Source of the DNA: Trueperaceae bacterium
Lineage (GTDB): Bacteria > Deinococcota > Deinococci > Deinococcales > Trueperaceae
Direction: 5' to 3'
Length of the DNA: 64,000 nucleotides
NCBI GenBank assembly: GCA_965215565.1
Contig: CBDCDZ010000004.1
Location: forward strand, 1,984,001-2,048,000
The notes beneath the pieces were generated by a model. The model made no database searches. It was not told where the DNA came from and saw only the letters and a program-made list of their open reading frames with translations. Positions 19,368 through 29,906 of the stretch are shown here, one piece after another; within the stretch, counting starts at the first letter, position 1, and the number at the start of each line of letters is the position of its first letter. The position numbers and the translations under genes were made by a program.

Positions 19368-20591
19368 GTGATAACAACTATTTTTTTGGTCTTGCTCTAC
19401 GCTCTGGTCCTGCCCTACATCGGCTTAATGCTGATGGTCATCGTCGGGCTCTTTCGGCGCAACCAGCGCTCCTTTAACCCGGCGACGCCCTCGGTCAGCG
19501 TGATCATCCCGGCGCACAACGAAGAGGACAAGCTAGGCGCAACCTTAGCTTCACTCTCTCAGCAGCGTTACGACGGTGACTTGGAGTTCGTCATCGTCAA
19601 TGACCGTTCGCGCGACGCGACGGAGGCGATCGTTCGAGACTTCGCCAGACGCGATCCGCGCTTCCGGCTAGTAAACGTGACAGAGCCGAGCCGCCGCCTC
19701 GCCCCTAAAGTCAACGCTGTCAATATCGGCATCGCGAGTTCAACGGGCGAGATCATCTTGACGAGCGACGCGGACTGCCAGTACCCCACAAGTTGGGTCA
19801 GCGGCATGGTCTCGCACTTCGAGCCGGACGTGGCGATGGTCGTGGGCTACGTCGAAAGCACGCAAGCAGGCGACGGAGCAGGCGCGGTGCAGCGCTTCGA
19901 GTCCACCGACTGGCTCTCTCTGATGCTCACTTCGATGGCTTTAACGCATTTCGGCTGGAAGTTCGCGAGCAGCGCCAACAACCAGGGCTACCGCCGCCGC
20001 GCCTTCCACGCCATCGGCGGCTTCGGCGCGTCGGGGCGCGCGCCCTCGGGTGACGAAGACCTCTTGACGCAGCGCATGGGGCGTCTGCAAGAAGGGCGCA
20101 TCGTCTTCGCGAGTGACCCCAGCATCCGCGTCTTCACCCAGCCAATGCCCACTGCGCTCGCCCTCCTCAACCAGCGCCGCCGCTGGGTCTCACGCTACCA
20201 CCACGCGATGCACTACCATCCCGCATTCTGGCTGAGCATCTTTATCTTGGGCTTTCAGAGCATCTTTTTATCCGCTGGAATTCTCTTATCACCCTTCTTC
20301 CCGGAGATTGTACCTTATGTATTCGGGCTCTGGGCGGTCAAACTCGCCGTAGAATTTTACGGCATGTACGTCGGCACAGGGATGATGGGACGGCGCGACC
20401 TGTGGGGCATTACCACCATCACCTGGGCGGTGCTGCATCCCTTTTTCATCGCGACTGTGGTGATCTGGTCACTCATCAAAACGGGTGAATGGAAAGCCGG
20501 GGCGCAGGGCTATAGACGGCGCTTTGTGAAGCGGCAGATGAGAGAGATTAAGCGCGAGTGGAAGCGCAAGGTGCGGGGTGGATTGTTGTAA
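19368..20591 (+). CDS. Glycosyltransferase family 2 (membrane-bound)
   Basis: VIIPAHNEE, VNDRSRD, SDADC, GDEDL, QRRRW motifs plus TM helices. Confidence 0.9.
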   Translation: MITTIFLVLLYALVLPYIGLMLMVIVGLFRRNQRSFNPATPSVSVIIPAHNEEDKLGATLASLSQQRYDGDLEFVIVNDRSRDATEAIVRDFARRDPRFRLVNVTEPSRRLAPKVNAVNIGIASSTGEIILTSDADCQYPTSWVSGMVSHFEPDVAMVVGYVESTQAGDGAGAVQRFESTDWLSLMLTSMALTHFGWKFASSANNQGYRRRAFHAIGGFGASGRAPSGDEDLLTQRMGRLQEGRIVFASDPSIRVFTQPMPTALALLNQRRRWVSRYHHAMHYHPAFWLSIFILGFQSIFLSAGILLSPFFPEIVPYVFGLWAVKLAVEFYGMYVGTGMMGRRDLWGITTITWAVLHPFFIATVVIWSLIKTGEWKAGAQGYRRRFVKRQMREIKREWKRKVRGGLL

Positions 20592-20656
20592 AGAGGTGGT
20601 GTTGAAGACGTTTTAGCACCTCTTTTTTCCTCTAATTTTTTCTTTGGAGAGAGTTT

Positions 20657-21157
20657 GTGCCAGACATTCTCGCAAAGCTTATCGAACATAGCAACTGGGC
20701 GAATTTTCAGATTATCGAAGCTTGCTCTACTCTGAGTGAGGAGCAATTGAACGCGGTTCCTCTGCCCACCTCGAGCTGGAGCATTCGCCACACCTTGTTT
20801 CACCTCGTGGAGTCGCAAGGGGGCTACGTTTCGCTCTTGACCTCTTCACCTGAGCGGAAACAAGCTATCCCTCTCACCGCCTCTTTTACCGAGTTACGGC
20901 GAGCAGCCGAAAAGAGCGGAGAGGCGCTACTCACCCTCGCTCACAGCGAAACTGGCGAATATTTCGCCGCACGTATTCAGACGGCGGATGGTTACTTCAT
21001 AGACCTGTGGGTCGTCGTCGTTCAAGCGATCAACCACGCAACAGAGCACCGTAGACAAGTTTGTAGGATGTTGAGGATTTTAGACGTCACGCCGCCTAGA
21101 CTCGATGGCTGGGCATTTGGAGAGGCTACGGACGCGGTTCTTCCGATTCGCACCTGA
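20657..21157 (+). CDS. DinB family protein
   Basis: HSNWAN, SIRHTLFHL, NHATEHRRQ His-triad pattern. Confidence 0.82.
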   Translation: MPDILAKLIEHSNWANFQIIEACSTLSEEQLNAVPLPTSSWSIRHTLFHLVESQGGYVSLLTSSPERKQAIPLTASFTELRRAAEKSGEALLTLAHSETGEYFAARIQTADGYFIDLWVVVVQAINHATEHRRQVCRMLRILDVTPPRLDGWAFGEATDAVLPIRT

Positions 21158-21307
21158 GAACGAGGAACCTCTCAAGCCCCTTTTAACCCAGCCTTCACCC
21201 TAAGTGGTAAGCTACCCCCAGCATGTCCCACTACCAAACTGCTACGCAACGCGCAGTTTGATTTTTCATTCGGGGCTACCTTGTGAAGACTACCTATGGA
21301 GGCAACC

Positions 21308-22519
21308 ATGAAAGTCATGATTTTAGGCGGAGACGGCTTCTGCGGCTGGCCCACGGCGCTGCACCTGTCGAACTTGGGTCACGACGTGATCATCTTGGAC
21401 AACTTGTCGCGGCGCAACATCGACAACGAGTTGGAGGCGGGTTCACTTACCCCCATTCAGCCCATCGGCACGCGCCTCAAAACTTGGCAAGAGGTCTCGG
21501 GTGAGACGATAGGCTTCTACAACCTCGATATTGCCCAGGAATACGAGCGCCTACTGCACGTCATCTTAGCGGAAGAACCGGACGCCATTGTGCACTTCGC
21601 TGAGCAACGCGCCGCGCCCTACTCGATGAAGTCACCCAGGCACAAGCGCTATACGGTGAATAATAACCTCAACGCGACGCACAACGTGCTCTGCGCCATT
21701 GTCGAGTCGGGCTTGGACATCCACGTCGCGCACTTGGGCACGATGGGTGTCTACGGTTACGGCACGGCGGGCATGAAAATCCCCGAGGGCTACCTGGACG
21801 TCGAGGTCAAGACCGACACGGGCGAGCGCATGATGCAGCAGATTCTCTACCCGACGAACCCCGGCAGCGTCTACCACATGACCAAAACGCAAGACCAGCT
21901 CTTCTTCGCGTACTACAACAAAAACGACGGCGTGCGGGTTACGGATTTGCACCAGGGTATCGTCTGGGGCACCAACACCGCTGAGACGAAGCGCGACGAG
22001 CGCCTAGTGAACCGCTTCGACTACGACGGCGACTACGGCACCGTCTTGAACCGCTTCCTGATGCAAGCCGCCGTCGACTATCCGCTGACCGTGCACGGCA
22101 CGGGCGGACAGACGCGGGCGTTCATTCACATTCAAGACACGGTCAAGTGCATCCAACTAGCTTTAGAAAATCCCCCCGCAAAGGGTGAGCGCGTCAAAAT
22201 CTTGAACCAGATGACCGAAACGCACCGCGTGCGCGACCTAGCCGAGATGATCAGCGAGATGACGGGTGCGGAGGTAGCCTATCTGGACAACCCGCGCAAG
22301 GAAGCGGCCGAAAACGACCTCCACGTCAAAAACGACCTCTTCTTGGATATGGGACTCAACCCGACAACGCTTTCTGAGGGTTTGCTCTTAGAGGTCACAG
22401 ACATCGCCCGCAAATATAAGGACCGCGCCGACATGAGCAAAATCCCCTCGACTTCGGTGTGGACGAAGGAGCAGAAGGCGGGGATTTTGAAGGATAAGAA
22501 GCTCGAGGCGGCGAGCTGA
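21308..22519 (+). CDS. sqdB: UDP-sulfoquinovose synthase
   Basis: GGDGFCGWPTAL, HFAEQRAAPYSM, HLGTMGVYG, SVYHMTK, TDLHQGIVWG, NRFDYDGDYGTVLNRF; SqdB/SQD1 signatures. Confidence 0.92.
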   Translation: MKVMILGGDGFCGWPTALHLSNLGHDVIILDNLSRRNIDNELEAGSLTPIQPIGTRLKTWQEVSGETIGFYNLDIAQEYERLLHVILAEEPDAIVHFAEQRAAPYSMKSPRHKRYTVNNNLNATHNVLCAIVESGLDIHVAHLGTMGVYGYGTAGMKIPEGYLDVEVKTDTGERMMQQILYPTNPGSVYHMTKTQDQLFFAYYNKNDGVRVTDLHQGIVWGTNTAETKRDERLVNRFDYDGDYGTVLNRFLMQAAVDYPLTVHGTGGQTRAFIHIQDTVKCIQLALENPPAKGERVKILNQMTETHRVRDLAEMISEMTGAEVAYLDNPRKEAAENDLHVKNDLFLDMGLNPTTLSEGLLLEVTDIARKYKDRADMSKIPSTSVWTKEQKAGILKDKKLEAAS

Positions 22520-22594
22520 AGAGCGAGTATGAACAGATTCTAATAGTGGGTCAAGGTCACGCGCCTCGTGAGTGGAATCCAACTCCTGCTAGAG

Positions 22595-22610
22595 AGGGGT
22601 TGCAACCCCT
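22595..22610. repeat. REP-like perfect palindrome
   Basis: AGGGGTTGCAACCCCT in the sqdB-sqdX spacer. Confidence 0.45.
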
Positions 22611-22799
22611 TGTTCATATTCAGTGAGTATTCCAAAGGGAGCCACTACTCGAATTCTAATTTAAGACCTGACTTAATAAACGGCCTTTAGCCCTTAGGTG
22701 TTGGCTCAAAGCTAATTGCCAAGGGCCATGTAGACCGAGAAGAAAGGGGTAAAGAGCAAAGCGGAACCTATTTTTCTCTTTGCCCTTTTAGTGACTCCT

Positions 22800-23945
22800 A
22801 TGCGCATCGCCCTCTTCACCGAAGTCTTTCTGCCCAAAATCGACGGAGTCGTGACCCGTATCGTGCGCACATTGGACCAGCTTCGCGCGCTCGGTCACGA
22901 GGTGCTCATCTTTGCGCCGCACAACCCGCCCGAATCGTATGCGGGATATAAGGTGGTGCGCGTGCCGGGCGTGCCCTTTAGACCCTGGTACCCCGAACTC
23001 GTTTTAGGGATGCCGCGCCCGCGCTTAGGGCGCGAGTTGGACGCCTTTGCGCCCGACGTCGTCCACGTGGTTAACCCAGTCATTTTAGGTCTTTGGGGCA
23101 CGGCGATTGCTAAGCAGCGTAACTTGCCCCTCCTAGCGAGCTTTCACACCGACTTGCCGCAGTATGTGGACCACCTCAAGCTCGGCTTTCTGAAACCTCT
23201 TTCGTACACCTGGATTCGCGACGTGCATAACCAAGCGCACGTCAACCTCTGCACGAGCCAGCCGATGGTCAACTCGGCGCAGGGATTGGGCATCAAGCGG
23301 GTACGGCTCTGGCCCAAAGCGGTGGATACCGAGTCTTATAGTCCGAAGAACGAGTCCGCCGCGATGCGCGAACGACTTTCAGGCGGACACCCCGAGTTGC
23401 CCCTGATGATCTACATCGGGCGGCTCTCACATGAGAAGCGGCTCGAGTGGCTCTACGCCCCCATCACCCAACTCAGCGGCGTGCGCTTGGCCTTCGTCGG
23501 CTCGGGACCGGCGGAAGCGTTTTTGAAAGAGCGTTTCAAGGACACGCCCACCGTCTTCACGGGCTATATGAGCGGGCGAGACTTAGCCGAGGCGTACGCG
23601 AGCGCCGACGTATTCGCCTTCCCTAGCGACACCGAGACGCTGGGCTTCGTCGCGATGGAGGCGATGGCGTCAGGTATTCCGGTAGTCGGCGCGCGGGCGG
23701 GCGGCATCCCCGACGTCATCACGCCGGGCGAAAACGGCTTCATGTTCACCCCCGGCGACTTGGGCGAGTTGACGGGACATCTCGCCCGGCTTCTACAAGA
23801 TGCCGAATTACGCAAGAGGTTGGGGCGACAAGCGCGGCAAAGCGTCGAGCACTGGGGCTGGCGAGAGAGTACGCAGGCGCTGCTCGAGTACTACGAGCGG
23901 GCCAAAACCATACACAAGAGGTATGACCCGCCGAGTCGATACTGA
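22800..23945 (+). CDS. sqdX: GT4 glycosyltransferase, probable sulfoquinovosyl-diacylglycerol synthase
   Basis: MRIALFTEVFLPKIDGVVTR, ASFHTDLPQY, HNQAHVNLCTS, GRLSHEK, FPSDTETLG; adjacent to sqdB. Confidence 0.8.
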   Translation: MRIALFTEVFLPKIDGVVTRIVRTLDQLRALGHEVLIFAPHNPPESYAGYKVVRVPGVPFRPWYPELVLGMPRPRLGRELDAFAPDVVHVVNPVILGLWGTAIAKQRNLPLLASFHTDLPQYVDHLKLGFLKPLSYTWIRDVHNQAHVNLCTSQPMVNSAQGLGIKRVRLWPKAVDTESYSPKNESAAMRERLSGGHPELPLMIYIGRLSHEKRLEWLYAPITQLSGVRLAFVGSGPAEAFLKERFKDTPTVFTGYMSGRDLAEAYASADVFAFPSDTETLGFVAMEAMASGIPVVGARAGGIPDVITPGENGFMFTPGDLGELTGHLARLLQDAELRKRLGRQARQSVEHWGWRESTQALLEYYERAKTIHKRYDPPSRY

Positions 23946-23950
23946 AAGGC

Positions 23951-23996
23951 AGAAGCAAGAAGCAAGAAGTGAAATGCCTGCTTCTTGCTTCTTTTT
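23951..23996 (+). terminator. Heptamer-repeat hairpin (AGAAGCA)n/(TGCTTCT)n terminator
   Basis: AGAAGCA x2 + AGAAGT, inverted TGCTTCT x2, then TTTT. Confidence 0.55.
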
Positions 23997-24047
23997 ACTC
24001 CTCCTCCCACCACTGCCCTCCATTCCCCTTTTGCGGTAGCATAGCGT

Positions 24048-24941
24048 ATGGTTCGCCCCCTCGAGACCCAGCACCTCCCGCCGCTTTTAGAGCTGCTCAA
24101 ACTGCAGGATAACCATGCCGAGCTGCGCACCATGAGCCCGGAGAGCCGCGAGCTTGAAGAGTTGGCGCTCGAGTTAGGCGAACTCTCGCCCTACAGCGAA
24201 CTGTTCCCATTCGTCTTAGAGCGGGGCGGCGACTTCGGCGCATATGTGGCGCTCTGCAACTACAGTGGCGAGGCGTTCTTGGAGGGTCCACTGATTCAAC
24301 CTGAGTTGGAGGCGGACGCCGCCTATCCTTTAGTCGAAAAGGCAGTCGAGGAGGCGCGGCGCTACGGCTACGGCTTTTTAGAGGCGTTCACCGACGAGGA
24401 GAACGCACGGGCTCAAGAGGTCTTGAGCGCGAACGACTTCGAACCCTTTCGCACCACCTACATCTACGAATTCACCCGCCGAGATGCGCTGAGGCCCCTT
24501 TCGCCAAGCGACTTTCGCTTCGACACCTCGGGCGAAATCACCGCCTCGGACTACCGCACCCTCTACCGCGAGACGAGCGACAACTGGAGCACCCGCTTAG
24601 CCTGGAGCGACGAAGAACTCGCTGAGCGCTTCGCCGAGCCGGACGTGAAGCTGATGCTGGCGTATAGGGGCGAAGAGGTCGTCGGGCATTTAGAGTTGGA
24701 GCTTATTCCCGAAGAGAACTACGCCGAAATCGCCTACTTCGGTGTGTTGCCGGGGGCGAGAGGGCAGAAACTCGGGCAGCTTTTGCTCCTACGCGGTCTC
24801 CACGAAGCGTTTCAAGACGAGGGCGTCTCGCTGGTACTAGCGCGCGCACACGACGATGAACGCGCCGCGTCGTTCGCATTGGAGAAGACGGGCTTTCACC
24901 TCTCACATGGGGTGGTTGCATGGACGCTCGAGCTGGATTAA
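24048..24941 (+). CDS. Tandem-domain GNAT acetyltransferase
   Basis: YFGVLPGARGQKLG acetyl-CoA motif; two GNAT-like halves. Confidence 0.8.
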   Translation: MVRPLETQHLPPLLELLKLQDNHAELRTMSPESRELEELALELGELSPYSELFPFVLERGGDFGAYVALCNYSGEAFLEGPLIQPELEADAAYPLVEKAVEEARRYGYGFLEAFTDEENARAQEVLSANDFEPFRTTYIYEFTRRDALRPLSPSDFRFDTSGEITASDYRTLYRETSDNWSTRLAWSDEELAERFAEPDVKLMLAYRGEEVVGHLELELIPEENYAEIAYFGVLPGARGQKLGQLLLLRGLHEAFQDEGVSLVLARAHDDERAASFALEKTGFHLSHGVVAWTLELD

Positions 24942-25044
24942 ACGAGTTTAAACCTACAAAAAAGCCCATAGACGCACCCTAAAACTCCATTTTCACCTCT
25001 TTTTATAAACCGTCTCTTGTTTTAGCACTTCCAAAATATACTGA

Positions 25045-25200
25045 TAGCAGTTCCACTTATCGTTGCTTGGACAAAGTCATGCGAAGCAACACTTTTCCGC
25101 AGATCTCATTGCGCAGCAATAGCGGAATTTCATCCCTGAAAGTGCGTGCTAGGCGATGTTCTCTTTATTAAGAGTGTAGCTGACCAGATGATACCTGCTA
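25045..25200 (-). mobile_element. Family-1 element, copy D
   Basis: Ends ...GACCAGATGATACCTGCTA at 25200 and TAGCAGTTCCA at 25045 (short imperfect TIR TAGCAG.T). Confidence 0.75.
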
Positions 25201-25348
25201 TTTCATTAACCCTTCATGCAAGCTATACAAAACTTCACAACCTGTTATTCATCTGTTATCTTGCGCGTGTTCGCATTCACCGACACGGTGAGACAGTTTA
25301 CGCAATGCTCGTCACGCAGCGCTTGTACGCAACACCAGGGAGGCATTC

Positions 25349-28267
25349 ATGTCGCGTCGTCGCAAGTTCACACCATTTCTTCTTTATCTACTTCTCTTTT
25401 TTCTCCTCACCGCCTGTAACGATCTAGAAAGCGCAGGCAACATCAACCAGCCAGAGCGTCCCCCCGAAGGTGCCTTCGGCGTGAGCGAGACCTTTGATGG
25501 TCCCTATCTCGGTGTAGATAACCCTGTCACTGACCCTGCCGACGCACCTATCCTCGAGGTCGAGCCAGGCGGCACGTTCTACGCCCGAGCCGTCTACGAG
25601 AGCTTAGTAGGTATCACCGACATCACCGTGAGTTTAGTCAACACTACACCTGAAGGCTTAGCCGGTCCTTTAGACCCGACGCAGAGCTTTTTTACATTAG
25701 GTGCGCCTACGAGTATCAGCGAGCCTGGGGGCGGCTGTGAGTTGACGGGTGAGGACGCTGAAGTCATCTGTATCTATGAGATTCAGGTGGCTGAAGATGC
25801 GGTGAACGTGAGCGAACTCGAGGGGGCGCAAGGTGAATTTGCGTACACCTTTACCAGCGAAGCGACCAACGCGGCGGGTGTGACTTCGGATGAGGACTTG
25901 CGGGCGTATGTGAGGATTGTAGGTGATGGGGCGGAAGAGCCGGAACCTAAGCCGGAGCCGGTGGTGTGCACGGACCCGGTCAATATCCCTGATGAGATTG
26001 CGGAGGAGTTTATCCGCGAGGAGCTTAATAAACCCGAGGGCGAGTTGACCTGCGAGGACTTGGCGAACCTTAAAGAGTTCAGCGTGGTTGACGGGAACTT
26101 AGAGTTCATCCCTTTAAGGAGCATCGAGGGTTTGCAGTACGCGGTCAACTTAGAATCCTTCGCCGCTATGGACGGCGCACAGTCGTTGGAGCTAGACCTC
26201 TTGGTAGGCTTGCCGAAACTAACAAGCGTGAGCTTCGGTCTTTACAATATTGATGATGAGGACATCGAAACGCTCGCACGTATCGAGACGCTGACCCGCC
26301 TCTACCTGCGCACCGCCGATAACTTCCTCGATTTTGACCCTGAAACTGTTGGTTCTGATGTGAGCGACATCTCGCCCTTAGCAAATCTGACGAACTTGGA
26401 GGTCTTGGGGCTCGAGTGGTTCCAAGAACTCAGCGACCTCTCGCCGCTGGAGGGTCTCACCGCACTCGAAGAACTCACGATCAACCGCACGGACGTTCGC
26501 GACCTCCCGCCGCTACAAGGTCTTACGAACCTAGAGAGGCTCGAACTCTCATATAACGAGATAGGCGACCTCAGTGGGCTCGAAACCCTGACCTCTTTGC
26601 AGTACCTCAACCTCACCAGCAACCAAATCACCGACCCCTCACCGTTACGAAACCTCACGAACTTAGAGAGGCTCGAACTCTCGTTCAACGATATAAGCGA
26701 CCTCAGTGGGCTCGAGGACTTGACCTCTTTACAGTACCTCGATCTCACCAGCAACCAAATCACTGACCTCTCACCGCTCGTTGACAACAGTGGCTTAGGC
26801 GAAGATGACGAGATAGAACTCAGCTTCAATAGCTTTAGTACGTGTCCGGGCACGGAGGCGCGCGAGGCTATCAGCACGCTCACCGAGCGCGGCGCGGAGG
26901 TTGACTTTGGCGAGCCGGAGGACTGCGGTGCGGGTGGCGAGGAAGCCTGCACGAACCCGGTGGAGATTCCTGACGAGTTCGTCGAGCGGGACGTCCGCGA
27001 AGCACTTGGCAAACCCCAAGGTGAACTGACCTGCGAAGATTTGGAACGCTTGACAGAACTGACCACAGGTCCAGAGGGTGACGACGACCGCCCCTTTTCT
27101 CTCGAAGGACTACAGTACGCCACGAACTTAGAAAGGCTCACCGTAGCGGGAAATCGGCTCAGCGACCTGGAGCCCCTGCGAAATCTACCGAACCTGAGCG
27201 AGCTTGTGCTGGACAGCATGGGCGGAGGTGCAACGGTTGATATCGCGGCGCTTGCTGAGGTTGAGACGCTAGAAGTATTGAAGTTCAGCTTTGAGAGCAA
27301 TATGCTAAGCCTCGAGCCCCTCGAAGGCTTGACGGGTCTCAGGGTGCTCGAGCTTGAAGAAGTCGATGTCGAAGAGGGCGATGCGGGGGTACTGCAAAGT
27401 CTCACGGGTTTACAGAGGCTCGTTATCAACGGCGTAGGGGGCGACGGTATCTCAGGCATCCGTACCTTAGAGCCGCTCGTCAACAACGAAGGGTTGAGCG
27501 AGGGCGATACGCTTGATCTACGAAACAACCTCGACCTCGGACTCAACACGTACTTCATCGATACCTGCCCCGGCACAGACGACCGAGAGGCTATCGAAAC
27601 CCTGCGCGCGCGAGGCGTTGAGGTGGCGTTTGACGAGCCCGTCAACTGTAGACCAGAAGGAACACAAGTAGAGGCGTGCAGCGGACCTGTGAATGTGCCT
27701 GATGAGGCGTTGGCGAGGAGCATCCGCATGACGTTGGAGCAGGGCGCTTTACAGGGAGGCTTGACGGGCGCGAATTTAGCAGAACTCGAGAGTCTCTCCG
27801 ACGACTCTGGCGTAGAGAGCCTCGAGGGTTTGCAGTGTGCTATCAACCTACAGGTCTTAAACGTCGAGAACAGCCAGGTTGAAGACGTCTCACCCCTACA
27901 GAACCTCACGCGCTTAGACAGTCTCAGAGTTGACGGAGGGCGAATTGATGACCTCACAGCGCTACAAAACCTCGTCGGTCTACAAGCACTTTTCTTCTAC
28001 GAAAACGAAGTGGACGACCTCTCGCCCTTAGCGGGTCTTGTCCGGCTCGATACGGTTGGTTTCGCGGGCAACGAAGTGAGTGACCTCTCGCCGCTCGTCG
28101 AACTAGCCGACGAGGGCAGCTTGACGGGTGAGAACAGTTTCGTGGACGTTCGTGAAAACCCCGCCGACACCTGCCCCGGTAGCGACGCAAGGGAGGACAT
28201 CGACACGCTTGTTGAGCGCGGCGTCAGGGTTCTCTTCGGCGAGCCCGAAAACTGTGACGCGAACTAG
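25349..28267 (+). CDS. Internalin-like leucine-rich-repeat lipoprotein with three Cys-capped LRR modules
   Basis: Lipobox LTAC; 22-aa LRRs (LTNLERLELSYNEIGDLSGLET); each module starts C..PV.(I/V)PD and ends TCPG...RE.I.TL..RG..V.F.EP..C. Confidence 0.88.
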   Translation: MSRRRKFTPFLLYLLLFFLLTACNDLESAGNINQPERPPEGAFGVSETFDGPYLGVDNPVTDPADAPILEVEPGGTFYARAVYESLVGITDITVSLVNTTPEGLAGPLDPTQSFFTLGAPTSISEPGGGCELTGEDAEVICIYEIQVAEDAVNVSELEGAQGEFAYTFTSEATNAAGVTSDEDLRAYVRIVGDGAEEPEPKPEPVVCTDPVNIPDEIAEEFIREELNKPEGELTCEDLANLKEFSVVDGNLEFIPLRSIEGLQYAVNLESFAAMDGAQSLELDLLVGLPKLTSVSFGLYNIDDEDIETLARIETLTRLYLRTADNFLDFDPETVGSDVSDISPLANLTNLEVLGLEWFQELSDLSPLEGLTALEELTINRTDVRDLPPLQGLTNLERLELSYNEIGDLSGLETLTSLQYLNLTSNQITDPSPLRNLTNLERLELSFNDISDLSGLEDLTSLQYLDLTSNQITDLSPLVDNSGLGEDDEIELSFNSFSTCPGTEAREAISTLTERGAEVDFGEPEDCGAGGEEACTNPVEIPDEFVERDVREALGKPQGELTCEDLERLTELTTGPEGDDDRPFSLEGLQYATNLERLTVAGNRLSDLEPLRNLPNLSELVLDSMGGGATVDIAALAEVETLEVLKFSFESNMLSLEPLEGLTGLRVLELEEVDVEEGDAGVLQSLTGLQRLVINGVGGDGISGIRTLEPLVNNEGLSEGDTLDLRNNLDLGLNTYFIDTCPGTDDREAIETLRARGVEVAFDEPVNCRPEGTQVEACSGPVNVPDEALARSIRMTLEQGALQGGLTGANLAELESLSDDSGVESLEGLQCAINLQVLNVENSQVEDVSPLQNLTRLDSLRVDGGRIDDLTALQNLVGLQALFFYENEVDDLSPLAGLVRLDTVGFAGNEVSDLSPLVELADEGSLTGENSFVDVRENPADTCPGSDAREDIDTLVERGVRVLFGEPENCDAN

Positions 28268-28331
28268 CGGCAACCAGGGGTGAACTGAAACTGGTCCGAG
28301 CGTTGCAGTACCAATCTAACAACCTTTCAAG

Positions 28332-28356
28332 GCCGCTCCAATTGGAGCGGCTTTTT
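28332..28356 (+). terminator. Intrinsic terminator
   Basis: GCCGCTCCAATTGGAGCGGC followed by TTTTT. Confidence 0.7.
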
Positions 28357-28401
28357 CTCGAGCTAGCATTCCTCACCCTTTTATACGGAATTGCATAGCT
28401 T

Positions 28402-28538
28402 ATACCCTTTCCGGTTAAACACGAAATAAAGTTTCGTGTTTAATCCCGAGCGGATGCAAGTAGAAACAAATACGGATTCCGGTGATAACGGAATATAACG
28501 ACGAAGGAGTTTATGCAGTAATCAACCGGAATCCGTAT
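28402..28538 (-). mobile_element. Palindromic MITE/REP-like element, family 2 (ATACGGATTCCG type)
   Basis: Its reverse complement aligns with 34987-35200; contains two long hairpins (TACGGATTCCGG../CCGGAATCCGTA and TTAAACACGAAA../TTTCGTGTTTAA). Confidence 0.8.
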
Positions 28539-28641
28539 TACTTATCCTTGCTGAGAGCGTTAGAGCTTACCATCACAGATGGGCACGGCATAGTTTTGCA
28601 AACTATGCTGTGCAACCTCGTATTAGGTGACAATAGACACA

Positions 28642-29796
28642 ATGACTTCTCAACGTAAACGCATCGCGATTTTGGGCTCCACCGGCTCCATCGGCACCCA
28701 AAGCCTAGACGTCGCCCGCTGGCGCGGCTACGACGTCGTCGGGCTCGCCACTGGGCGCAGCGCCGACGCGCTCATCAAACAAGCGAACGAATTCAAGCCT
28801 AAGCTCGTTTCGTGTCACCCCGACGTCGCAGCGCAGGTCAAGCCGCACCTACCCGAGGGGACAAGCCTTGCGACGGGCGGCGCGGGCGCGGAAGAGGTGG
28901 CGGTCCTAGAGGTGGATACGGTCGTCGCCGCAATCTCGGGCATCGCCGGGCTCAAACCGACCTTGGCGGCGCTCCGAGCGGGGCGGCATGTCGCGTTAGC
29001 CAACAAAGAGGCGATGGTGGTGGCGGGACCGCTCGTGTGGGAGGCGGCGCGGCGGCACGGCGCAACGATTACCCCGGTGGATTCGGAGCACTCGGCGCTC
29101 TTTCAATGTTTGGTGGGCGAGCGCCGAGAAGACGTGGACAAGCTTATCTTGACGGCGTCGGGCGGACCCTTCCGCACGGAGCCTGCGGACTTGACCGACG
29201 TGACCCCGGAGCAAGCCCTGAAGCACCCCAACTGGGCGATGGGCGCGAAGGTGACGGTGGACTCGGCGACTTTGTTCAACAAAGGGCTCGAGGTCTTAGA
29301 GGCACATTTCCTCTTCGAGATGGCGCTGGAGAAGATAGAGGTCATTATTCATCCGCAGTCGTTGGTTCACAGCTTCGTGCGCTTTAAGGACGGCAACCTC
29401 AAGGCGCAAGTCGGGCCGCACGACATGAGGCTGCCGATTCAGTACGGCGTCGAGTACCCCGAACGCCCCAGCATCCCTCTGGACCCGCTCCCTTTAAGCG
29501 GCACGTGGGAATTTTACGAACCCGACTCGGCGCGTTTCCCGAGTTTGGGCTTAGCGTACGAGGCGGGGCGACGAGGGGGGACGGCTCCGACGATTCTCAA
29601 TGCGGCGGACGAGCTTGCAGTGGTGACATTTTTGCGCGGCGAGGTAGGCTTCACGGAGATTCCTGAGATTTTAGAGCACGCCTTAAAGCAGACGCCCGTG
29701 ACCGAACTGAGCTGGGACGCAATTGGCGCGGCGGACGAGGAGGCTAGGGAGACGGTGCGCGCTTACCTCGAGCGCCGAGTCTCCCCGAAATCCTAA
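28642..29796 (+). CDS. dxr: 1-deoxy-D-xylulose-5-phosphate reductoisomerase
   Basis: [42 protein letters not shown]. Confidence 0.96.
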   Translation: MTSQRKRIAILGSTGSIGTQSLDVARWRGYDVVGLATGRSADALIKQANEFKPKLVSCHPDVAAQVKPHLPEGTSLATGGAGAEEVAVLEVDTVVAAISGIAGLKPTLAALRAGRHVALANKEAMVVAGPLVWEAARRHGATITPVDSEHSALFQCLVGERREDVDKLILTASGGPFRTEPADLTDVTPEQALKHPNWAMGAKVTVDSATLFNKGLEVLEAHFLFEMALEKIEVIIHPQSLVHSFVRFKDGNLKAQVGPHDMRLPIQYGVEYPERPSIPLDPLPLSGTWEFYEPDSARFPSLGLAYEAGRRGGTAPTILNAADELAVVTFLRGEVGFTEIPEILEHALKQTPVTELSWDAIGAADEEARETVRAYLERRVSPKS

Positions 29797-29906
29797 GCGT
29801 ATCTTCATGAACGCGCTCTAAGCTTAGAGCGTCGGTTCGGGAGAGCGTGACATGGTCTTACCGACTTATCGGCGCACGCCCTCATTTTTTCCGCTACCCT
29901 TAGCCT

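Noticed and set aside
26302..27957. 551-aa antisense ORF
   Set aside because: Ser-rich shadow of the LRR gene's codon bias; no recognisable motifs.
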